Shown here piece after piece: positions 40,816 to 54,281 of a stretch of DNA of 64,000 bases. The notes under the pieces are model-generated. The model searched no databases and was not told the origin of the DNA. It saw only the letters and a program-made list of their open reading frames with translations. Origin of the DNA: Octopus sinensis (Eukaryota); contig NC_043005.1 in assembly GCF_006345805.1 (NCBI RefSeq), forward strand, positions 105,586,001 to 105,650,000. Direction: 5' to 3'. The position numbers were made by a program, and so were the translations under genes. Each line of letters begins with the position of its first letter. The stretch's first letter is position 1.

Positions 40816-41495
40816 GAGTGAGAGAGCAGTGCATGCCATCAAAGTGACACTGGGGTAAAATATACGAAGCCCAGTATACCCATCATGACTACCCGTCTGA
40901 TAAGAGTACACCAGGCACATGCATCACAACCATATGTGCGCGACATGGTGATCTCATATCAAGATAAACTGCGCACGACCTTGCAGGTGGAACCTAGTTA
41001 CAATTTTCTTTAGATCGAGTAGCCCATCCCGCTCAAAAGGTCCCTGAATAAAGGTTGTTTAAGGATGTTGAACGAAACACCCATTTTTTCAAAGGTGAAT
41101 TATCCAAACCTCTAAGAATTCCTTTCAACACACGGCTATGATGCTCCCCCACTACTTCTGCTTGCGATCAGAAATGCACACATCGTCAGCCACTAAGGGA
41201 TATGCTCAACTGGTTAAGGTCAAACAACTGACAAGCAAATCTGTGGTATTGAGCAGATAATTTGCTGTAGCCAAGACAAAGCAATGTACATGATAACACT
41301 TCCAATCAGTTAAGATGAGAAGCCATGAGAGCCACTGCCTGGTACTGCATCAGGGTATTGGTACTGCATCAGGGTATTGGTACTGCATCAGGGCATTGGC
41401 GCTGCATTAGGGCATTGGTACTGCATAAGGGCATTGGTACTGCATCAGGGCATTGGTACTGCATCAGGGCATTGGTACTGCATCAGGTACTGCAT
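40816..41495. mobile_element. Non-coding element copy 2 with terminal 19-bp unit GGTACTGCATCAGGGCATT repeated (7 full plus partial copies)
   Basis: Units start at 41341, 41360, 41379, 41398, 41417, 41436 and 41455; partial units continue to 41495. Confidence 0.85.
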
Positions 41496-41576
41496 ATTAT
41501 TATTATTATTATCATCATCATCATCGTCATCATTATCATCATTATCATCATCATCATCATTATCATCATTATCATC

Positions 41577-41607
<31 letters not shown>

Positions 41608-41609
41608 AT

Positions 41610-42100
41610 TCCATATACGCTCAAGTGTTGGAAGAGAAAAATTCCTAACATCGGGCTACAAGTAACCTTCGATGCAAGAACCTTCAATGTATTCTAGCTA
41701 TCCTTAATAACACTGGAGCTGCTCTAAACTGTCCACTATATACTATCCATCTGTTCAAATCATTAGGGACAGTTTCTAATGGACCTATAACTACAAAGAT
41801 ACATTTTACCTGCACTTTCCACAGCTTCTTGTAACTCAATCACTAGGTCCTGATACATTGCTATGTTCTCTATACCGCTTATATTGACTTCCTCATCATT
41901 TGGGACCGTAAAGTCAATTATCCGGCACTTTTATTCTCTTTATTCACGATTACTAAATCAGACCTTCAAGCTTCTATTACTCTGTCAATCTGAACGTTAA
42001 AATATCACATCTTATATTTCTTACTTTCTAGCGCTTCGCTAGGTTCATGTCCATACCATTTATCAGTATAGTCAAATACTAGATTTCTACAGTGGATTAT
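41610..42100 (-). mobile_element. Dong/R4-clade fragment, second subfamily (RLE domain)
   Basis: DKWYGHEP, FNVQIDRVIEA.RSDLVIVNKE, IIDFTVPNDEEVN, YQDLVIELQ.LWKVQVKCI. Confidence 0.85.
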
Positions 42101-42305
42101 TCTCCCTAGATTATCATGGCGATGAACTGACAGAATCATTAGCACGCCAGGCCAAATACTTAGCGGTATGACGTCTGCCTTTACATCCTCAATTCAAATT
42201 TCATCTTTTCGCGGTCGCTGAACAAACTACTAGTCGAGTATTGGGATAATTGTAATCAACTAGCCACTCCCTCAAAATTGCTGACCTTGTGGCGAAATTT
42301 GAAGC

Positions 42306-42340
<35 letters not shown>

Positions 42341-42361
42341 TATTATTATTATTATTATTCA

Positions 42362-42560
42362 GTAGTTTTATTTTTAGAGCGTGCTTTCCCTTCACTACCG
42401 GTGCCTTGGGTATGTGCTGTGGTTTGCTGTGATGCTCTTATGGTTACTGTATTGAAAGTGCTTTGCGTAGGATGTGTGCAGTGCCTAGTAGTGCAATTTT
42501 TTGTATGTTATATATATTTGTATGTCCTGGTGTTTTTGTTATGTATTTGTCTGAATATTT
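42362..42560 (-). mobile_element. Dong/R4 3' end (same family as 38530) abutting (TTA)n
   Basis: KYSDKYITKTPGHTNIYNIQKIALLGTAHILRK, then a 3' UTR ending ..AAAACTACTGAATAATAAT. Confidence 0.88.
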
Positions 42561-42580
42561 TATTATCATTGTTATTATCA

Positions 42581-42615
<35 letters not shown>

Positions 42616-42782
42616 AGTTTCACTTCTCAGAGCAGTCTATCTTACATGATCCGGCCAATTTTGTAAGAGCGAACAAGAACTTGGTTTTTTTCTGAGCGTG
42701 TTCTGCCCGTATGCAAATCCCAGCAGAACAGATTAAACAGTTGGAAAAGAAAAATTCCAACATCAGACTACAACAAATAACC

Positions 42783-43085
42783 TTAGATTCCAAGAACTTT
42801 CCTGAGCTTCCTGTTATTATCTTCCCTAATAACAGGAAACCTTTTCTTGGGCTGTACTAAACTAGGCTTTTTGCCTATTTCTTCTGTCCGTCTGTTCAAA
42901 TCTTTAAGGATAGTTCCTAATGCGCTTATAACTACAGGGATACAATTTACCTGCACTTTCCATAGTCTCTGTAACTCAATGGCTAAGTCCTGGTACTTTG
43001 CTATTTTCTCTATACCTTTCATATTGACTTTCTCATTATTTAGGACCGTAGAGTCAATTACCTGGCACTTTCTATTCTCTTCGTC
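42783..43085 (-). mobile_element. Dong/R4-clade RLE C-terminus, second subfamily
   Basis: NRKCQVID..V.N.EKVNMKGIEKIAKYQDLAIELQRLWKVQVNCIPVVISALG...LRKVLGI; 5' side joins (ATT/ATC)n. Confidence 0.88.
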
Positions 43086-43125
43086 AGCATTATTATTATC
43101 ATCATCATCATCATCATCATCATTA

Positions 43126-43166
<41 letters not shown>

Positions 43167-43529
43167 GCTATTATTATTATTATTATTGCTATTATTATTA
43201 TTATTATTATTATTTATCAACTGGTTAACCATTTAACCAATGGACTAATCGATTGTTTGATTAATAGTTCGATCAACCAATCAATCTAATTAGAATTAAG
43301 CAGACCTGCCAAGATGGGGCCATGTCATTGATGAGGTCACGAATAGCAACGAAAGCACTCTGAAACCAACTGATTGATTGATTGATCGATCGCGCAATTA
43401 ATCATGCTATTTATTAGTCATTGGTAAATTGGTTAACTACTACTACTACTAACTACTACTACTACTACTACTACTACAACCACCAGCAACACCACCATGA
43501 CCACCACAACCAGTAGCAGCAGCAGCAGT

Positions 43530-43870
43530 GGAGGCACAATGGCCCAGTGGTAAGGGCAGCGGACTCGCAGTCGGAGGATCGCGGTTTCGATTCCCAGATT
43601 TATTGAGCGAAAACACTTAAAGCTCTTCGAGGCTCCGGCAGTGGGTGGTGGCGACCCCTGTTGTACTCTTTCGCCCCAACTTTCTCTCACTCTTTCTTCC
43701 TGTTTCTTGTCCCCGACTTCCTACGCAACCGCTGAACCTGAATGCGCATTCATCCATCCGTCGATGCTCTCGGTGTCGGGGGTTGACCTGCTTTCTCTTC
43801 TGCGGGTCTTACGAATAGCAAAGGGACCACGTTACGCACTTCATCTGGGATAAAGAGCGTTCTCTCAACA
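43530..43870 (+). mobile_element. SINE family C
   Basis: Co-linear with 19112, with small deletions. Confidence 0.87.
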
Positions 43871-45041
43871 GCATCAACAGCAACAGCACCAGCAGCAGTA
43901 CCACCACCACCACCACAATTACCGCTTCCATCGCCGCTACCACCACCATTGCAACCGCTGCCGCCGCTAACGCCGCCAACCGCCACCACCACCACCACCA
44001 CCACCACTACTATTACATATGATGTCACTAAAACTACATTGGCTAATATGCATAACTCATGCTCTGTGTGTCCCTCTTACTGTAAATCAGATGTTATTTG
44101 GAGGTACAGATTACCGTAATATCCTGTGTAACTGACACATGTTTCCGGAAACATTCTTATATTCAGGGAAAATATAACGAACAATCATTTCAATTACTTA
44201 AGCCTTCACTCGGTAATGTCTTGTGAAACATTGAAGAAGAAACCTCTATGTGGTCATCTACCTACAAGAAGAAGTAACCGAGAATGCCTCAAATCGCCCT
44301 CTTCTGTCTTTAAAATAGAGGCGAGACAGTTAATGCATAGTGAGATAAATGTCTGAGCTGACAATTATGACTATGGTGAAGATGGCTTTGATGATCTGTG
44401 TGATTGGTTGGGAAGTTAAACATCTCACACCGATGTATGTCTCCCTACTCTTGTCCCTTTCTGCGATCATATCTACAATGGTTTCCGTCCCTTCCAAACG
44501 ACACACAACCTGCCTTTGCTTTTCCCTTATCTCTAAAGCAATTTCTAATCGTTCTTTCTTCCCAGACCGCTTACCTCCTGATAAATCCTTACCTTAATAC
44601 ACGCGCTGTCCTTAAAACAGCAAGTTTAGGGAGTAGGTAGGTACAGGAGTTCATTTGTAAATATCGATCATATAAATAACCCCAGTTTTAAAAGCCTCCC
44701 CTTCTAAAACAAAAAATAAAAAAGAGAACAGGAACAAAAGAACTTCCCCTCTTATTTGAACTAAGTACTAAACACTATAATCCAGAAAACTGTCCCCACC
44801 GGTCATAAGCAAACTGCAATCCATGGGCCCTTCTGACTGGCACGCCAACAAAAAGTTACTCTGTATTTTTTTTCAGTAGTGAGGCCCACCTTTTGATGGC
44901 CCAAGTTTCATGCGGCTCGCTTCTCGGAAAATTTGCTTATGCTTTTTACATAGTATTACTGGATAAAACCTTCGATGATGTCACAGGAATAAAGTAACTA
45001 CAGTGGTATAATTCAGAAAGACTTATCACAACAAAGGTGTA

Positions 45042-45361
45042 GGCGCGTGGCTTGGTGGTCGAGGGTATTCGGCTCATGATCGTAAGGTCATGAGTTCAAT
45101 TCCCGACGGCGCGTTGTGTCCTTGAGCAAGACACTTTATTTCACGTTGCTCCAGTCCACTGAGCCAGCAAAAATGTGTAGTACCTGTATTTCAAAGGGCC
45201 AGCCTTGTCATATTCAGTGTCACACTGAATCTCCCCGAGAACTACGTTAAAGGTACACGTGTTTGTGGAGTGTTCGGCCACTTACACGTTAATTTCATGA
45301 GCAAGCTGTTCCGTTGATCGTATCAGCTGAGACCCTCATCGTCGCAACCGACGGAGTGCTC
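45042..45361 (+). mobile_element. SINE family D (tRNA-derived) with ~20-bp imperfect TSD
   Basis: Head GGCGCGTGGCTTGGTGG..GAGTTCAATTCCC. Flanks are CTTATCACAACAAAGGTGTA and CTTATCACAATAAAGCGTGTA. Relatives at about 11757-11910, 37660-37870(-), 51670-51905(-) and 59770-60062. Confidence 0.88.
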
Positions 45362-46324
45362 CTTATCACAATAAAGCGTGTACGCGTGTGTACATAGCTA
45401 TGAGTCGTTTATTTACACCAATTTCTATAATATTGCAATGGCGTTTTTTGGTCTAAAAATCTATCTCACTGAGAAATTGCTTAAATTAGTCAGCGAAGAA
45501 GCCTCTGTGTGATCATACGATCTGTTAAAATTATCAGCGAAATTACACTCAGCAACCTTAGCATTTTTAATGAAGGAAAGTTACAAAAATCTTCAGATAT
45601 GGAGCTCCTACGTGATCATCCGTCGATCGCAAATCTGTGAAACTCGAGTCGCATGAAAAACAGTTAAGTTTAAATGAACTACAGATACATACATACAAAC
45701 ATACATAAATACACACACACATACATACATGCATACGTACATACATAAATACACACACACATGCATACATGCATACGTACATACATTCATACATACATAC
45801 ATACATACATACATACATACATACATACATACATACATACATACGTACGTACGTACGTACGTACGTACATACGTACGTACATACATACATACATAAATAC
45901 ACACACACACACATACATACATACATACATACATACATACATACATTACACACATACATACACACATACATACACACATACATACATACATGCATACACA
46001 CATACATACATACATACATACACCTATACACATACACCCACACATACGTCCATTCATTCATACGAATATACAAACGTGTGCATACATACATACATGCATA
46101 TATGTATGTCTATCTATCTATCTATCTGTACACACATACATTTGTATTCTTTTATTCTTTTACTTGTTTCAGTCATTCGACTGCGGCCATGCTGGAGTAC
46201 CACGTATGTGGTTTACTCATATTGAAAGGACCACACCACACACACACATACACTCACACACTCACTCACACACACATACACGCACACACAATCACACACA
46301 CATAAAGACACACGCGTGCACACA

Positions 46325-46360
<36 letters not shown>

Positions 46361-46893
46361 TTATTTTAAAACAAAGGGGCCAATAAAATAGCTTGCGGTG
46401 GAGTGTAGGGTTTCCGACGGGGGATGGTAATTGTGTGATATAGACACACATACACACAAATATACACTTCATATACATACACACACACACACATACACAC
46501 ATACACTATACACGCATATATACATACACGCGATGAAGGAGAGAGTGTGTAAATAGAGTAGTTTTGAAAAGAACTTCAACAAGTGGTGGATCCATTGTTA
46601 AACTGTAGCCGAATATTATAGAAATAATGCACAATATGTTGGAAGGTTGGGCGGAGTTGAAATGAGGTGTGTGTGGGGCAGGTGGCGCGGAGGGGGGAAA
46701 GGAGCGGTTTGTGGACATGTGGCTGCTGCACAAGGAAACGGAGAGAGAGAGAGAGAGAGAGTGTATGTGTATGGGAGAGTATGTAGGTAAAGTTAAGGTC
46801 AATGGGTACAGTAACTGGCCTGATGAATGCTGGTCACTGCTGAAGAAACAAAGAGGGTGAAGAATATTAATTTATTCTCTAAACAATATATGA

Positions 46894-46940
<47 letters not shown>

Positions 46941-47395
46941 GTGTATGCATGTGTGTCTCTGTGTGTGTATGTATATATATATATGTATGTTTTTTTGTAT
47001 GTGTACATATATTGGTACACACGCGCATTTGTATGTATATGCATTGTAACAAAATCTATATGTTGCCATCATTACTGGCAGAAAGATAAACAAAAAATAA
47101 AATAGAATAGAAATAAAAACAACGGTTTCTACACAATATTATTTCAATAATAATATTCAATTTAAGTATTAGCGTTCAGTCAACATATTGGGAGGTTCTT
47201 ATTGATTGACCAATTAAAGGGCAACCAGGTGAAAAACAAATGTGTATGTACATATAAACACATACGCACACACATGCTTATATCTAATGTATAGGTACAT
47301 AAGTATATGTATATGTGTGTGTGTGTGTGTGTGTGTGCACTCATATATAAATATGTACGTATATAAACGCATCTATATATAAACGCATCTATATA

Positions 47396-47429
<34 letters not shown>

Positions 47430-47475
47430 ACAAATGATAGAGATGGAGAATGGAATATACGAGAAAGTTTATTGC

Positions 47476-47579
47476 TCACTACGGTCGTTTCGACGCATCC
47501 TGCATCGATTCCTCGCGGGTGGAATACTGTGCCACTGGTTGTGGTGCATCTCTCCGCGCAGGCGCAGCTCCTCAGGTGA
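47476..47579 (-). ncRNA. Hammerhead ribozyme motif in a GC-rich Penelope-type repeat (about 47430-47640)
   Basis: TCAC-CTGAGGA-GCTGCGCCTGC...GCAGGATGCGTC-GAA-ACG AC CGT-A-GTGA: canonical core, stem I TCAC/GTGA, GUA triplet. Confidence 0.72.
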
Positions 47580-47692
47580 TGTTATAAGATGAACGTGCTT
47601 CATCGGCTTACTACTAGGAACAAAACCAACACTTAAATATTAATATGTGTGTGTGTGTGTGTAATTATGTCTATATATATATTGAATGAGGT

Positions 47693-47997
47693 GGAGGCAC
47701 ATGGCCTAGTGGTTAGAGCAACAGACTCGCAGTCGAGGGATCGCAGGTTCGAACCTCAGACCGAGCGTTGTGTGTGTTTATGAGCGAAACACCTAAGCTC
47801 CACGCGGCTCCAGCAGAAGGTACTGGCGAATTTCTGCTGACTCTTTCGCCACAAATTTCTCTCACTCTTTCCTCCTGCATCTTGCAGATCACCTGCGACG
47901 GACCGTCGTCCCCTCTAGGTGGGGAACCTATACGCCAAGGAAACTGGAAACCGGCCCTTATGAGCCAGGCGAGGCTCGAGAAGGAACAAACAAAACA
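47693..47997 (+). mobile_element. SINE with family-C head and a different 3' half; 12-bp TSD
   Basis: ATATTGAATGAG at 47679-47690 and 47998-48009; tail GCTCGAGAAGGAACAAACAAAACAA. Confidence 0.85.
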
Positions 47998-48247
47998 ATA
48001 TTGAATGAGAGGTGCTTGCTCTTATGCGTTTAAAAATAAAAGCAAATGCTGTTTTCCTAGCCATATGAACCACACACACACAGACACACACATACACATA
48101 CACTTATCTGCATGTAAACACACAGACATTTAAACACATGCAGATACATTTTGCCTACATACAGAATCACTTGTACACGTGCGCGCAAGTGTGTACAGTC
48201 AATCAGAGAAAACCAATGATGACGTTGATAATAAGGATGAAAATGAA

Positions 48248-49035
48248 GGCGGCGAGCTGGCAGAAACGTTAGCACGCCGGGCGAAATGCTCAGCGGAATT
48301 TCGTCTGCCGCTACGTTCAGAGTTCAAATTCCGCCGAGGTCGACTTTTCCTTTCATCCTTTCGGGGTCGATAAATTAAATACCAGTTACGCACTGAGGTC
48401 GATATAACCGACTTAATCCGTTTGTCTGTCCTTGTTTGTCCTCTCTATGTTTAGCCCCTTGTGGGCAATAAAGAAACACGAATTTCGTCTGCCGTTACGT
48501 TGTGAGTTCAGATTCCGCCGAGGTCGACTTTTCCTTTCATCTTTCATTTTCGGGGTCGATAAATTAAATACCAGTTACGCACTGAGGTCGATATAACCGA
48601 CTTAATCCGTTTGTCTGTCCTTGTTTGCCTCTCTATGTTTAGCCCCTTGTGGGCAATAAAGAAACACGAATTTCGTCTGCCGTTACGTTGTGAGTTCAGA
48701 TTCCGCCGAGGTCGACTTTTCCTTTCATCCTTTCGGGGTCGATAAATTAAATACCAGTTACGCACTGGGGTCAATGCAATCGACTTAATCCGTTTGTCTG
48801 TCCTTGTTTGTCCCCTCTATGCTTAGCCCCTTGTGGGTAATAAAGAAATGCGAAACGTTAACACGCCGGGCGGTAATTCGTCTGTCTTTATGTTCTGAGT
48901 TCAAATTCCGCCCAGGTCCACATTGCCTTCTATCCTTTCAGGGTCGATAAGTTAAGTACCAACTGCGTACTGGGGTCGATCTGATCGACTGGCCCCTTCC
49001 CAAAAATTTTGGACGTTGTGCCTAGAGTAGAAAAG
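48248..49035 (+). mobile_element. SINE family A trimer plus a fourth divergent unit, bounded by one 19-bp TSD
   Basis: AATAAGGATGAAAATGAAG at 48230-48248 and 49036-49054. Confidence 0.88.
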
Positions 49036-49499
49036 AATAAGGATGAAAATGAAGTAAATGCAGAAAGAAGGAGCAGATGGTATGATGCCTTTGTACATTG
49101 TGACGATGGTTTGTATCGGTTGGACCCATGTGGATATATTGAAAGATTTGAACGTGCTGAATAATCTGAGTGCTTTCTCTTGAGTGCCAATATGTCAGGT
49201 TGCTGTCAAATATAAGCCCCAGCTTTTAGAAGTGTATTATTATTGTGAGCAGTGACTGTGTCTTTGTTATATTCAATACCAGATGTGAGGTTGTATTCAA
49301 CCAAAACTGTCGTGTTTGTTTTGTATGGATTGAATGTGGAAAGTATGGCTGAATAGATTTTAACTCCATTGAGTCTAGGCTTATATGCGAAACTACAGCA
49401 GGAGTGTTTTCTGCGCATGTCATTAGTTTGATATAATTAGATAGGACGAAAGAGTACGTCTGACGGACACCCACATGGAGATATATATCGATGTGATTT

Positions 49500-50630
49500 T
49501 TCTTTGATTTTTATTTAAGTTCTTCATAAGAGAGTTTAAGCCGGTCTTTAACAAAGCGACAAGAGTTTTTGAGTGTTTCTAAATGTGTGGTTGAGTTGGT
49601 GTGTTGGTTGGACTGTCGATGCTGACACCCAACTACTGCAACTATTCACATAAGAATCTAACATGGAGAAATTTGGAAACGTTTTACAAATCTTCACTGT
49701 GCCACAAGGAGATTGGATTCGGAGAAACCACCAGTTTCTTTTGCTCTTTCTTCGTGAAACCAAGTATTCGAAGATTCTGTGCAAATTTGTTGGTACATAA
49801 CCCAATGTACCTATGATGATAAATACAAATGAGAATTTAAAGTCAAAGTACAAGAGCTGTAAGTTCCGATTCAATTCACCATAAATGTTCTCTTTTTCCT
49901 GGATTTTTCATTGTACATTGCCATCCACTGGGCAGCTGACATCTACAACAGGGCATGACTTTTGTTCCCTGTCCGACAGAAAAATATCAGGTTTGTTATG
50001 TTTTTATTGGAGTGTTCCATCAGCTTTTGCTTTTAAAGGTGTGAATACCGACTGATTCTGACATATCTTTGATGTATATATCAAGGCAGTCCTTCCTGCG
50101 GATAGCATTGTAAATAGTCTTTGAAACTATATCATGCCTCAGGGGCATGTAGTATCTGTTAGAATTTTTGAGGCAGCTGCTGATGATGTGGCGGATAGCA
50201 GAACCACCATTTTTAAAAATCACAACGTGGAAGTTTGATGGTATCTTTGACCCTATTGTTTATCAGATATTTATTAATTATTCCCTGTTCCTCGATAACG
50301 AAGTCATATCCTTCTGGGTGGGATGAAATGTATCTATCACAGGTCCAGGAAAGGCTACTCTTGCAGCTGCTGTTGCCCTCTAGCTTACTGGATATGCACC
50401 CTTGCATTGCTTTTTGCAGGTATAATGCTTGCTTCTCCTCCAAGCTTCTATTTAGGTTAGCCAGTGCAGCTACCTTTGGGTCACGGGAGGTTTGTATTCT
50501 CAGAGTACCTGCACAGTTTTTCTCCAAACCTGAAGATGTTGTTCTCACTTTTGAGTATGCCTGTAATATACGCATTTCTTTCTTTATTGTTCTGCAGGAG
50601 ATGCCTGAGTGATACAACGCGACATTCAAA
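49500..50630 (-). mobile_element. Third RLE-type (Dong/R4-like) non-LTR family, decayed 3' part
   Basis: SSHPEGYDFVIEEQGIINKYL, IRHIISSC..NSNRYYMPLRHDIVSKTIYN, NKPDIFL.DREQK..VVDVSCP.DGNV, EKENIYGELNRNLQLLY, IIIGTLGYVP. A probable 3' UTR extends toward about 49060. Confidence 0.78.
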
Positions 50631-50754
50631 AGCTCTTTGGACTGACATTATGTATGTACCGCGTGTGTACCGTTGGCAATTTTTCCCCTCCGTCTTCCCT
50701 TCCTTGGATCTCTCCTTTTCCTATGTTTCTCTCTTTCTCTCTCTCTCTCCCTCT

Positions 50755-50760
50755 ATCTCC

Positions 50761-50815
<55 letters not shown>

Positions 50816-51261
50816 ATCTATCTATCTATCTATATTATATATATACACATACATATATATATATCTATATATATATAATATATATATCATATTACATTAT
50901 TATACATATATATCTATATATATATATATACACATACATATATATATATATATATATTATATATTACATATATCATATACATATATCATATCTATATCAT
51001 ATACATATATACATATATATATCATATATATATATATAGTACATATATATATACATATATATACATATATATATATATATACATATATATCATATATATA
51101 TATATACATATATATACTATATATACATATATATATACATATATATAACATATATATATATATACATATATATATATATCCAATATATATATACATATAT
51201 ATACATATATATATATATACATATATATTTACATAAATATATATACATATATATATATTAC

Positions 51262-51297
<36 letters not shown>

Positions 51298-51359
51298 CAT
51301 ATATATATATACATATATATATACATATATATATATACATATATATATATAGATACACC

Positions 51360-51400
<41 letters not shown>
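50755..51400. repeat. Long degenerate (TA)n/(TACA)n/(TCTA)n tract
   Basis: Direct reading. Similar tracts at 29805-30110, 30660-31050, 45690-46130 and 53970-54430. Confidence 0.97.
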
Positions 51401-51409
<9 letters not shown>

Positions 51410-52269
51410 TCGCTCTCTCTTTCTCTTTTTTCACTCTCTCTCACTATTTTAACTTCAATGGCTTTTAAGAGGTTAATTGTGAGAATGTGCAATGTGTGTA
51501 TGTGATTGAGTGTGCGCGCGCGTACGTTGTGTGTGACTGTGCGTATGGGTGCGCGCGAGCACGCGTACCTGAAAGCAAGGTCACTTGCAGAATGACATCA
51601 GGTCACCTCGTTTAGAAATCATATCCATCAGTAAGATTTAAAAACAAAAAAAAAAGTAAAGTTACCTTCTTGATTTATGCTGAATCATAAGGGCCGGTTT
51701 TCCGCTTTCCATGGCCTATAGATTCACTACCCGGACGGCACGCCGGTCTGTCACATGATTACTCATTTTTACCAGCCGACTAAGCTGGAGCAACGGGAAG
51801 TGAAGCATTTTGCTCAAGAACACAACGCGTCTCCCTGTCCAGGAATTGAAACCACAATCTTATAATCATGAGTCCAACACCCCCTAACCACTAAGCCACG
51901 CACCTCCGCCATCAGTAAGATTAGATACATTAGTATCTATATACTCGCACTGCTTTTGGGCGACTAAAAAATTTACCCACTGTTCATTCGGCCCCGATCA
52001 AGTTGCGGGAGAGTGTTATTTAAAAAAACAAGTCTGAGATCTGATTTTTCTGGACCCAGTTAGCAGGAGGGAAATGTCCATGGGGGTCAAGCTGATGTTC
52101 TGATTTTACTCGCTGTTTATTTTCGGGTGGATGCCGGAGAGCCAGAGGCTTTGGCGCTTGGAAACATTCTTGGGAGCATCCCACTTATTATTATTAGCAG
52201 CATATATATATTAATATATATATATATATATATATATATGCATACATACATATGTGTATGTGTACGTGC

Positions 52270-52300
<31 letters not shown>

Positions 52301-52728
52301 TGTATGTATGTATGTATGTATACGGGTGAATGGGCAAAGAAAGAAAGAGGCACTCAATACATTTAGCAGGAGTTACACATATTAATTATTTAAGACAGTT
52401 TTATTAGACGCTGCTATGGTTGCTTTCAAGTTGGTGATAGCAGAATATGAAAGTTTAATGGTTTCCTTATTATTAATTTCCCGGTATTTGTTTTGGGGTG
52501 AGAAGATATATATATATACCTGTCCAACAATTCATAAAAGGCTTTTAGAGCAGAAGTTTTAGCATTATTGAGGAAATAAAGATTATACTACCGGAACTGA
52601 AGCTTCCTACATTTTTTTACTACCACTGTTAGTTGAACAATTCCCAGGATCCGATATCAAGATGGTGAGATCGATATTCTGAGAATTTCCATCTTTATTT
52701 TGGTTTTCTATATCTGGCTACACACGCA

Positions 52729-52768
<40 letters not shown>

Positions 52769-53247
52769 ACACACACACACACACACACTCATACACACAT
52801 ATACACACATATACGCGCATATATATCTATATGTACATATAAATGTATGTGTGTGTATGTGTGTGTATGTGTGCTTATATGTATATGTGTGTAAATATAT
52901 GCTTATGCACGTATGCATATATATATATATACACACATATTTATATGCACATATGTATATGTATATATATATATATATAATACGTACGTATATAAAGATA
53001 CATATATGTATATGTCAGTCGGTATTCGTGTACCTGTGCGCATGTGCATGGGTGCGCGTGCACATGTGTATTGCTGCACCCCGCAGAAGTATTTTAATCT
53101 TCGGATAATATCTACAGATTGAAACACTTCTGGAGAGTGAAACGAAATTGTACCGATAAATATAATATACTGAGTTATTCATTTTGGTAGTGATTAACTG
53201 GCACTTTCAAATATAAACATTGGTATATTTACGCGTGTGTATCTGTA

Positions 53248-53286
<39 letters not shown>

Positions 53287-53288
53287 TC

Positions 53289-53338
<50 letters not shown>

Positions 53339-53358
53339 TTATCTCTCTATCTCTATCA

Positions 53359-53394
<36 letters not shown>

Positions 53395-54248
53395 AATATA
53401 TATATATACATATACATACATTACCAGTAAATAATATATATGCCTATATGTGTATGTGTGTGTGCATGTATATATATGCAAGGGAATTTTAGTGTTTTTC
53501 AATAAGAGATTTTATGTATTTTTCTACATATGTAATTATGTTGTTATTTTCGGCGAAATAGAGTTCAGCAAAATCTTTATACACAACAGTTGCATTGTGA
53601 CAATATCAAGTGTCTGAGAGTTCGCGATGAATTTTGAAGCATTTATTACTTTTCCTGTTTCTCTATTTCAATTTTGGTTTTCTAGTTTATTCGAGAATAT
53701 CTTTTGTTTGCTTAAAAGTCTTCCTTTTTATTCCTCTCAATTGTCTCGGAGATATAAATTAGCTGAGAAAATAAAGAAGTTTATAACAGAAAAAAAAAAT
53801 GGAAACAAAAAGAAAAAAGAAAACAAAAGAAAAGAAATGAAATAAATTAAGAAAATAAATGAAATAACAGAAAGGGAAACGAATTTGCACCAACCATTAA
53901 ATCTTTTGTCTGTATTTATGTATGTTGGTTTATGCTCTTGTATGTGCGTGTATATGTGTGCGTGTGTGTGTGCGTATGCAATATATATAATATTTATATA
54001 TTTATCTGTTTATACAAGTGTATACACATGCATATATATATATTATATATATATAATATATATATAAAATATATATATATATATAATATATATATATATT
54101 ATTTTCTATATATATATATATATATATATATTTATTTAATATATATATAGATATATATATTATTATATATATATATATATATTATTTATTTATATATATA
54201 TATAATATATATTATATTATATATATATATTATATATATATATATTTA

Positions 54249-54281
<33 letters not shown>

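Noticed and set aside
41341-41495. CRISPR-like short repeat array
   Set aside because: Units are contiguous with no spacers, there are no cas genes, and the context is eukaryotic.
49438-49475. GGACGAAA..GTCTGACGG hammerhead-like words
   Set aside because: The core is CTGACGG and the helices cannot be closed in any permutation.
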